A stretch of DNA of 56,355 nt, filler included, from Jimgerdemannia flammicorona (Eukaryota), in the NCBI GenBank assembly GCA_003990765.1. It is 3 parts of 3 records of this genome, joined end to end, with 100 filler letters (N's around TTAATTAATTAA, not from the genome) between each part and the next. Parts side by side here need not be neighbours in the genome. Positions count along the whole stretch, not along the records: positions 37,639 to 56,355 come from RBNJ01002130.1; 2 more parts are not named here. One strand, written 5' to 3'. Each line of letters opens with the position of its first letter. Positions within the stretch are counted from its first letter, which is position 1. This document shows, piece after piece, positions 46,495 to 56,355 of this stretch. The translations under genes were made by a program, and so were the position numbers. Below the pieces are notes generated by a model. The model did no database searches. It was not told where the DNA came from and worked only from the letters and a program-made list of their open reading frames with translations.

Positions 46495-48561
46495 TGTAAG
46501 AGGGTTTCTTGTTAGGGTAATTGTTACATAGTTCTGGAAGAGTTTTCTGGAAGTTTTGGATATTCTAAAAGACTGTTTTCTTAAAGTCAAGATCAATTTC
46601 ATATGCAGTACATCCTCTATGCTTATTGATTTCAAGATTGGATTGACATCTCAACCAAAGTCCTTTTTGGACTAGTTCAGGATGTTCAGAATTTTTCATA
46701 TTTCAGAAAGTTCAAAAAACTAAAACCAGCTTAGTTAAATTGGCATATTGCTGCAGACAATACTCAATTAGAAAATTTTGTAATAGGGTTAGGAGTGGGA
46801 TCTAATGGGGAGCAGATTTACTTAAGAGTGGTTTATAGGTTATTAAATAGGTTTATTTGCTATTCATGATATTACTATACTAGGAGTAGTTGTGTAAGGG
46901 AATATTGGGAAAGTGTTCAGGAATTATATTCTTGTCTGTTTGAGTTTGAGATTCTAAGGTCTGGGGGAAGGGGTATTTATACTAATGGAAGGCTATCTGG
47001 ACTATGCTTATATAGATATAACACTTAGTACCTTGCTGAGTCGAAATGCAGTCATGTAGTACAAGTGTGATCTGATATGTCAAGAGATCATCTGACTGCT
47101 GAGTCAGTTCACAGTCACGTCGTACAATGCTAATCTAACTATACTAATGACTGCTGAGCTATCTATAGATTTAGATATTGTCTAGATAGTCTTCGATGAT
47201 ATCACTATCAATGATATTATCTGAAGTAGTTATCTATGAAGAGTGGTTCTTGAATTACTTCTCCTTGTTCACTCATATAGTAATACATTGGAACCTTATT
47301 GCTATCCCATAGAATAGCATCAGCTATCTCATATACTAGGTATGGAGTTGGTGGGTAAAGGAGGGGTGTGTCATCTTTGCTTTTGTCAGATTTGCTGTCT
47401 GCATATCTTCTATAAGTTACAGCACTATGAGTTGCTGGGTTGTAGTAAGCTAGTGACTGTGGTTCATATTACTTATACTTGGGTGGTAGAGTTATTAGTT
47501 CAATCTCAAGAGTTGTCTGGAGGTATAGATTGTGTTCTCCAGTCTCCTCATTATAGTTGAAGTAATCAGGAGTGAATACAGATTGGTACTCATGCCAGTG
47601 ATCATTATTCCAATAAGTCTCATAGGTGGTTATGAACTGTTGTAAGTTCATTAGCAAGGTTGGTGGAGTAATCAGAGTTAGCAGGGATCCTTGGCTTGAG
47701 GTCATGTCAGTATCAGAGGGATCATTATCTTCTGCTTCATCATTATCAAACTGAATTATATCATAGACATCCTTCATGGCATATCCAACTTGGGGTATTT
47801 GTAGGATGTGATAATTGGAGTGTGGGAAGGTTCTGTCTGTGGTTTGAACATACTCAATATACTTATGGTTGAGTTCTTATATCATGTCATTGATTTGACC
47901 ATAGGATAGGGTGGCGACCATTTCAGCAGTAGTGACTTAGAGGTGGAGAATAACAGTGCTATACTCATAGAAGAGTTCTCAGTATTTGTAGGTGATAAGT
48001 TTCTAGTGTTGAGACATCTGGGTAATATCTGCATCATGGTGGTATTTGACCATATCTTCTAGGAGGCAGCTGATCTGATAGTAACTTGAGATTTGTCCAA
48101 TTTGGTAGGCTTTGCTGAGTATGTTTAGGGCATTCTATCAGACTTCTATGAAGTAGAGGGGTGCTAGGCTATGGATATTCATAAGGGGCAGAGGGAGTGT
48201 GGCTCAGTTGACAATGATATTCCAAATGTTAGTATAGATGCAGTTGTAGATCTCAGTGGTCATGTTTGTATATATGTTCAAGAGTTGGGGTTGTTTGTTT
48301 TGTTTGTTATAGTTCTCTGTTTTGATGTATCTGAATGCTCAGTATATATATATTCAGCCCTGATTAGTAAGATTCCATTTGTGTAAGTCTGGTGTTCCAT
48401 GACTTCAAGTTGACCCAGCTTTGTATACTGTGACTTTGGTTTGACTCAGCTTCATGATCTTGCATGTGATTTCTGGATTTGTTTAGAGGTTGCATGTAAT
48501 TTCAGTGGCTTGTTCTGAGAGTAATGTGCAATTTCAGTAGCTTGAAGGTTGTGGGCTTACA
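46495..48561 (-). repeat. Gypsy-3 5' LTR (~2067 bp) with ORF-X (ATG 48263 to ~47300) in U3 and TATAAATA near 46975-46982
   Basis: TGTAAG terminus at both ends; matches 39604-40917; followed by the PBS. Confidence 0.88.
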
Positions 48562-48744
48562 GAAAGTATATGGACCAAGATAGATTATAAACATAAACAC
48601 TACTGTAAAGTTAATCTAACTCTCTAACTGATCTTCTATATATCTTATTTTTAAACTTTTAGTACTACCAGCAGTTTCCACTCAACCACACATATATGAA
48701 GGAGCACTTGACCATTCTCTTTCCTGATATCTCTTTCAAGAATA

Positions 48745-48749
<5 letters not shown>

Positions 48750-48827
<78 letters not shown>

Positions 48828-49995
48828 GACTCATAGTTCTACAGATTTTTATTAGAAGAGAACCTAGACTATATAGGCCAAAACTCTCTCCCACCACCCA
48901 CTGAGCACTGCCCCCCTATTAACCTAGGCTAGCTATTATCCAGTAGCTTGACCATACCAGATGCAGCAGGTCCTATGTTGGCCCATAACTCATTCTACAT
49001 ACCATACTCTCCCTACTACCAGAGAGAACTCAGCCATATGCCAAAAACTGAAAGCACACACCCAAGACTCCAACATATGTACAAGGTCATGTCCGAGCCA
49101 AATAGAATAGCCTCTACTACCCCAAGGAGGATGACAGGTAAAGAAAAAACTCTCATCAAAGTACATCATGGTGGATAGAGTCTGGTTCTCCCAGGTGAGA
49201 TGAGTAGAGGACTTATATGTGAGGTGGGAGAAGACCCCCAATACCCTACTACTCAAGCTTGTAGGCCTCAATCATATTGCTGTGTCAGCTCTTGGTTCCA
49301 GTTGAGTGCAGCCAAGATGTCTGAAATGGGTAGCCTCAGGCCCCCCAACCCCCCCCAATAACTGGGGTCCAACCTGCTGAATTACCAAAAGAAGCCATAA
49401 GTAATACCTACTACCTAACCACTCTGTATCAATCAAAAGGCCCCACTGAAGCAGTACCTACCTCAGCCCTGATGACCGCCCCCAGCCTGACACCCTACTG
49501 GTTCACTATTATCACCCTTACTCCTATCTGTGATGGTCATCTCCCCTCCCATCCTGACAACACCTGAAAAACAGTCACCTATGCCAGAACCATACTCACC
49601 AGGAAGCTCGCCAAAGTCAGAGGGCCCCACCACAGACACTGAGGACTTGCAGGTAATCTATACTGGGCACTTGATGCTCAAGGTTGGCTGACTCTCTATA
49701 TAATCTATGATCTACCAAGATGACTCCTTGTTGATAACAGTAAAAGGAAGAAGATGCTGCACCAAAATGAGTATATCTCAGATATATCCGAAGGCACCAG
49801 AAACCATGAAAAAGTAGAGAAGACACCAATCTGACACTGATAAAAGGGTAACTCATCACCATTGCCCTCCTCTCACTATGCCCTTGTAGGCACAGAAAAC
49901 CAACCTAAGGTAGAGAGGGTAATAATAGGAGAAAGGAGACTCAGAAGGTTGCCTACCAAACCTTATAACTGGTAAGGTAGCAGAGAAAGGAGCTG
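48750..49995 (-). mobile_element. poly(A) retroposon 'family B' (~1.25 kb)
   Basis: poly(T) of ~74 nt. TSD TTCAAGAA(T/C)ATTACT at 48735-48749 and 49996-50010. Second copy at 18132-18720. Confidence 0.87.
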
Positions 49996-52900
49996 TTCAA
50001 GAACATTACTGCTACTCTGGTAAACTCTGACCCAAAGAAGGTGGCTGCTGAAATTGAAAATTGGCAATGTGAGGCTATAAAATATCTTGGAGAGCAATAT
50101 TGCTTTCTAGTAGACTGTGATGATATTTCAAAAACAATGGGGCCTAAGTTTCATTTGAAATGAATTACAATTGCAATCAGTCTTCTTTTTACTAGTGAAA
50201 AGGTATGATTCAAAAATATATGAAAGATAGGCTGATAGTTCCCCTGTTAGCTATAGTTGTCATACTTGTAAGAATTATCTATATTATAGTCTGATTTATT
50301 TTTTTAAATATTATTTATTAATCTTTCTCAATTTTTCAGCTTGAATATCTCATCACTATTCATGAGCATTGCTACTTGACAGAATCTGAGATCTGCCCAT
50401 GCTATCATGCATAGACTATAAAAATCAAGGAAATTATTACAACTGATTCAGGGTAAATTGACTGGGAATATTTGCTCAAAAAATTGCAAGAGATAGAGAG
50501 CACAGCTGTAGATAATCCAATTCCACTTCCAATTGGGTAAGAAAATGCTATCATTGACCTGCCTAATGAGATTGAGTACTATGAACTACCCTATGATAAC
50601 ACCATTCAGTAGTAAATATTTGAAATACCTGATATGATATTATTCTTTATATTAAGATTAATTATCACTACTTATTTTTTATATTTAACTAAATCTATAT
50701 CTTTATTAATAATTGCAATATAGTATTCCTTTTATGATTTAACATTTTTTTGCTTTTGTAATTATATAAATAGTTTGATGTTGAATTTTACACAAATCTT
50801 GATTTATATATTAATTTGTCTTTTCTATTTTCAATGTATATTAGTTGTGAGATCTATACTTGAAGGAGTGTATGTCATAACCATGGCATGCAATATTCCT
50901 CCTGACATGTGATCTGTGCCATTCAAGATATCACTTTTAGTTGCATATATTGTCAGAGGCAGAAATTATGTCAGGGGCATCACGATGGCTGATAATGTCA
51001 CATGACTTTACAAATTAAACAATCAGCCACCATATTGGTCACTGTTTGCCAAGATCTGAACCTACATCTACATTATTGTTGAACCATCACTGATATTGAA
51101 GAGGAAACTGCAGAGTTTATAGTGCCAGATATGGCTGGGCTTGATGAGAGTCTATAGAAAATAATATATAAACAATCTTTCAACAAATATCAGTACTAAT
51201 AATAGACAACAGCAGAGAATGCCAGCAACCTTTCTGATTCTGGTTTTACTCTTCACAACTCCCAGATTTGCCATACTGGTTCATCAGTCATTATCAATCA
51301 TTAGGTCTCAAGACCTCTACTCATTTTGCCAATTGGTGATAAGATTAGATTTCTGCTAAGACAATGTCCATTGCTATTCTTCTGACTCTAGTCTAGTTAT
51401 GATTTTGGTTCTTCTGCTTTATATGGCTCTCAAGATTTGCCATACTTAGTTATTAGTCATCAGTTGTCAGTTATTTGGTCCCAAGGCTCCACTGGTTTTG
51501 CCAATTGATAGGTGGGGTCAGTGTTGCAGTTACTGGTATTAGGATATATTAACAACTTATCTGACCATCTCCCTAACTCACCATTCATAAACTTCATCTT
51601 TTTGACTATTTTCTTTAAGTCTATTACTAATAACTATTATCTTTTGACCTCATTTCAAGATAGTGGCTGTCTTGACAAACATTTCTTCTCAGTCTATCTA
51701 TATACCAAACCCTTTATTATTCTGCATCTGAGCCTGGAATTGATAGTGGTCCTGTGCTAAGAGTGGTAAGTAGTTAATATACTAGGTTTAGAATTGGGGT
51801 TTTTTTGAATATGAGGTTTCAGTCTGCTAATGGGGGGTTTTTTTTTTCTCTCTCTTTTGGCAATGGCCATAAGTCATTCCCAACCTTGGATCCTTCTGCC
51901 TCACAATGAAGTATATTTATAGTATCCTCTCAGTGAACAACTTTCTCTTATGTAAAGTAGTATAATCATGTAATGGGTATGGTCAATGAGGCCTTAAACA
52001 TCTTGACCTCTAGCAATTACTTCTGGGTCTATGAGAGGGTATACTTATAGTGGCATTCTTGACAGCTGGCATGGTGTTGGTGATGGGTTTGATCTTTCTC
52101 CTTATGATTGGAGCCCAGTTGAGATCTAGGTTAGTACTGGATACAAAGCTTGGTACTTGCAGTCTCAAGTTTACTATGGAGGATTTCATTTGAGATACCT
52201 GACATATCAGTTTTATGGCAGATCTTTCTTTATTTGTTTTGTTTTTATTTATTTGTATACTACATTTTATTTATAATAAATAGATGAGATGGAGAAGAGG
52301 ATACCAGAATAGAAATGAGGTACCAATGAATTAGCCAACAAAACCCATATGTTTTCATCAGAATTCAATAATTTGCAGAATCTACTAATTCTCTAAAATC
52401 CACTAATTCTTCAGAATCTGCTGATTCTCAGAACTCTCTCAGAGGGCCTTATGAATCCAGAGATCCTTGCATAAATGATCCTTTACAAAGTATACATAGC
52501 CTTATAGTCTATTCATATTCTGGAAGCCTTTTCATATAGAGTGTTCATACCACTTCTAGAACTCTCTCAGAACCCCTCAGAAGAGGCCTGAGAATACTGT
52601 TTTAATTTTCTGATATCAGAACAGTAAATGTATTTGGGACAAGAACTCCTCCTATGATAGTATGATGTACAGTATATATATCTTCCAAAGTTCTGAAGTG
52701 AAAGATTGCTATTGAGTTCTTATCTCAGAATCTCAAAAGTGGAAGACTGTGAGTTGTGAAGAGGTTCATAATGGCATCATATACAAGCTGACTATACTGT
52801 GTAATCCAAAGTAGCAAACTAATAATAGAATAGATCCACAATAATTTCTCAGACACCAGTAAGCTGTTATATATAGAAGAACTTTTCATTCTCCCCATAG

Positions 52901-54342
52901 TTACTCTGGTTTATACCAACCTTGTAAATAATCCAGGCCTTCCCAATAGACTGCAATTGTACCCCAAGATGAGCAGCATACAAAATAGGCAGAATATGAA
53001 AAGTATTTGCAGCAGCACCTCCATTATAGATTGTCCTTTATACTTGAAATAGTTCTGCCATATTCCAGAAGTAGAAAACTTCCCATGAGTCCAAATCTCA
53101 ATAATGTGGATAGTTGAGGCCAGTTGTGGTAAACAGATCTATGATGGTATCATAATTGGGCTGCCCTTCTTGAGTGATCTATGAATTGTTAGGTATAATT
53201 ATGAGTAAAGAATCATTTTTGACACTTGTCATCTCTTTCTTAATCTTGGTGATTTTCTTTTTGGACATATTAGACTGGAGAGTTCACAGAGTTTTAGTGA
53301 TCATTAGAAATCCCTCTAAGAAAACAATCAACAGTATATTAGATGCAGTTCAAATTAGAAAGCCCATCTTCACTAAGGACTTATAAATCCCATAGGAGTA
53401 GTCTATAAGAAGAGTGGAGGGAGAGTTGCTTTAAAGAATGACATAGTGGTATTCAATTGTGAGAGAGTGGGAGAGAGGATTAGTGTGGAAATAAGATAGG
53501 TGGAGTGGTAGAGAGTGGCTACCAGTATAGTATGAGAACATATTGTGTGTATTTCTTTAGATAGTAATAAAGATACCACAGTACTATAGAGAAGAACTTA
53601 TAAATCTTGCAGTATTTTAGAGTAATGTCTAATATTTATAGGTTATAGTTCTAAATAATATATTCCCTAATAACTATCCTGGGGTCCAATAGCTACTGGG
53701 CCAGCATTTTAGTAATATATAAAAGTCTTATAATTATAGTATTGATGGCTAGCTTATCAACAATAGATAGCTCTACAACTGGTGCTTGTAATTCAGTAAT
53801 AAAATCAAAATTATTTTGAACTGCTGCTATATATAATTTATCTATATTATTATTATATTGGCTGGTGTTAGTACTATAATTGTTTCCAAGATCTTGAATA
53901 TATTATGGTCATCATTTAGTATAATAAAGATGAGCACAAAATTAATATTCTCCTATATAGCTCTGAACAGATTATATAGTATATAAATTGTCTAATAGTA
54001 TTTTTTATCTACTATCAATAGTAGTACTATTTAATTATATCAATATTTAATCTCAATATCAGTACCAAATCTAGTATAGAGTATTCTTACAACCTCAGGG
54101 TAATTTTGCTCAACTATAATATATAGTACTATTATTTTCTCATATCTCTATATATTGATATTGAACTTGAGATCAATAACAAAAGTCTTAATAAGATTGA
54201 GGTCTCTTAGTAGAGCAGCTTTTATAGTACTATCTAGTATTTATTAAAGTGCATAATTCTATAGATTTTATATCTTATAATAATTTTCTCAAAATATAAG
54301 TATAAACTCTATTTATATCTTTAGTCTAGCTATTTTATATAT

Positions 54343-55785
54343 TGTCATATAGTGGGCACTAAGTTCTCCAAGTACATCAGATTCTTTCAAGATATATCTC
54401 TTAGACCAACTATAAGTTTCTTATAAGCAAGTTCTATTGAAGTGTCTTCCCAAAATCTTATAGTCCTCAAACTTCTTATCTTTAAACTGTTCTGTTGTCT
54501 CCTGGATTCACTTGCTTGGAATTGAGTAGAGGACTGAAACTTCTATACTTCTTGAGTAGTTAAGGACTTGAGTGTTTGAATATTTTGCTACTTTACTACT
54601 TAACTACTGACTTTATTTCAAAAGAAATGAGAGGGGTATTTATATAAAATATAATTCAATGGTTGCTAAGTTATAAAACTAAATATAAATTCCAATAACC
54701 AAATAAATGGGGTCCTTGAATACAGAAAACTTCAGGTTGTAAGTACAAATTCAAGTATCTATACAAATAGTTATACAAGATCAGAATGCTAGAATTTTTG
54801 ATAGTTATGCAAGATGAGAATGCCAGAAGAATTACAGTTACACAAAGAACTCAGAGCAGAATGTTCAGGACTCTGGGGACTTCATCTTCATCACTACTAG
54901 AGGTTAGAGACAGGATATCTTGGAAATGAGATCAGCAAACATTTTGTCCATTTTGCATATATTATGAGTTTCGCATGCTTTATATATGTCATCAATTAGT
55001 GGGATGACATCATTGTGGATGACATCATCATGTTCGGTAGTGGGAGTAAGGAGATCAGGGGCTCTCCAATCTATGAGATTCTCCTCCACAAAATATGAGA
55101 CAAAGGTGGGATCTTGAGGGGGTCTAACTTGGATACTGGGGCCTTGGATTACTGAGATTAATCCTTATAGGAATTGATCAGAATTGTCCTTGAGGATGGG
55201 ATTCCAGAACTCTCCTACCTCATTACTTTTTAGGGTGATGGTGGATTGGACTTCTGCAGCCACTATGGCCTCCAGTGTATCTATGCAGTGGGCTGACAAT
55301 TTCTTGAAGTCTGAGACTCTGGTATACTTCAAGTTGGGGATTAACCAAAGTATATGCCTGAAGACCTAATGGATCTTATATTTCTTGAGGACTGGCCTAA
55401 GAGAATTCCCAGCAGAGGAGGTTTCATATTTCATATTTCTGTCATATCCAGAGGCATTCAGTAGTGATGGTGATTCTTGTTTCTATTTCACAGCAGTTGA
55501 GGATAAAGTGGTAAGAGTCACTGATATCCAAGTTGAGGCTAGGAGTCCTTCTAGTGTAGATCCTCATGGCTCTTCTGATGTCTTGGAATATTCTTTCTTA
55601 AACCAAGAAGCCTTAGTGATTCCTTGACCTTGAGGTTTGGCAGGCAGCAGACATTTCATTTATAGTAAGTCTTTGAACTATTTCAGAATTTTGTGAGTCT
55701 TGTTTGAGTTTCTGCTGCTATAGTTCCTTAGTCTTTCTTTTATATTCTTTGAGATGTCTATCTTATGGTTATGATGACTCATGGT
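54343..55785 (-). repeat. Probable solo/3' LTR of a further Gypsy family carrying ORF-X, truncated by a LINE
   Basis: Ends ..TGACA at 54343. TATATAATACCCC...GAAATAAAG at ~54612-54645 resembles the Gypsy-1 LTR core. ORF-X lies upstream with no PPT between. Confidence 0.55.
54890..55654 (-). pseudogene. ORF-X homolog (degenerate)
   Basis: MSAACQTSR..ERIFQDIRRAM..SLNL..HFILNCCE..I*QKYEI*NLL..KIH*VFRHILWLIPNLKYTRVSDFKKLSAHCIDTLEAIVAAEVQS..IDWRAP..FADLI aligns with 3720-4547. Confidence 0.75.
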
Positions 55786-56355
55786 TAGGAAGAGAAGGAG
55801 GCGCACGAGGTGTGCTTCCAGTAGGCTGAGGAGACTGCAAGTTGACTGGGCAGATTTGCTCGCTATTGTAGGGGTGGAAGATTGGAGGTTGGAGAGGGCG
55901 AAACTGGAGATAGTGGAACTACAACAGGTGCTGAGGGAAGAGGAGGAGGCTCATATGCGGGGCATGGCTGCTAGACTGCGGTGGCAAGGACTTGAGGAGG
56001 GTGAGCGGCCCACTAAGTACTTATCACGACTTCTAAAAGCTAGGAGGGTGCGTCATCGGTGGGATGGGGTCCTCGATGCCGATGGGGGCATGGTTCATGG
56101 CACGCAACAGATCCTGGGGACCTTGAAGGAGAGGTGGCAGGGTTTGTGGAGTGAGGAGGAAGGGGGTGCGGATGAGGCGGAGATTGCGGATACACTGGAG
56201 GAGTGGGAACCACCGCGGGTTGTTGGATTAAGGGACTTGATCTTACCAGTCCAGGGGGAGGAGATCCAGGGTGTCCTGGCGGCAACCAAGCTTGGGACAG
56301 CGCCAGGGGAGGATGGATTGCCTTGGGACTTCTGGAAGAAGATGGTGAATGTCCC
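55786..56355 (+). mobile_element. LINE family A, young 5'-truncated copy (ORF2 EN-RT linker), runs off the window
   Basis: Uninterrupted frame ...ARLRWQGLEEGERPTKYLSRLLK...TAPGEDGLPWDFWKK, colinear with 6610-7180, CpGs retained. Confidence 0.9.

Larger units (their letters stand above)
41390..46699 (-). pseudogene. Gypsy-3 extended gag-dut-pro-pol (degenerate, RNase H deleted)
   Basis: ATG 46699 is in frame with the gag ATG at 45532. RT YIDD is fused directly to integrase-upstream sequence at ~42745. Confidence 0.8.
39604..48561 (-). mobile_element. Ty3/Gypsy chromovirus 'Gypsy-3' with ~2.07 kb LTR, dUTPase and an internal RNase H deletion
   Basis: 5' LTR 46495-48561 (TG..CA). PBS TGGTAGCAGCAG 46480-46491. 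gag CCHC FYCQKTGHMTSACP, dUTPase, IMIDSRASSNFIN, YIDD, MDFIVQL, chromodomain ~41390-41530. PPT 40918-40930. Partial 3' LTR 39604-40917. Confidence 0.92.

Noticed and set aside
50010..54340. AT-rich stretch with scattered short ORFs, possibly old transposons
   Set aside because: No motif, terminal repeat or TSD I can support; needs a repeat-library search.

Overview
Eukaryotic, almost certainly fungal, genomic DNA. The Vps54 sequence style and repeat load suggest an early-diverging lineage such as Mucoromycota (inference only). The window is three contigs joined by N44-TTAATTAATTAA-N44 spacers (18721-18820, 37539-37638), so adjacency across the spacers is not guaranteed. A CpG-rich island (18.8-25.1 kb) holds two intact, intron-containing host genes arranged head-to-head, 175 bp apart: the centriole cartwheel gene SAS-6 (minus strand, cut by the gap) and GARP subunit VPS54 (plus strand, 10 exons). 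Almost everything else is decayed, CpG-depleted mobile DNA. It includes three Ty3/Gypsy chromoviruses (two with a dUTPase between gag and protease), probable solo LTRs, at least five copies of one L1/Tx1-like LINE (some nested, with TSDs), three other poly(A) retroposon families (one built around a 9-bp minisatellite) and a DIRS/Ngaro-like gag remnant. Best leads: (1) an unrecognised accessory protein family carried by several different LTR elements, either downstream of pol or inside the LTR U3, with its own TATA/E-box-like promoter; (2) an intact SAS-6 in what may be a non-flagellated fungus; (3) an SVA-like VNTR retroposon; (4) a combined CpG and CpA C-to-T mutation signature confined to repeats.
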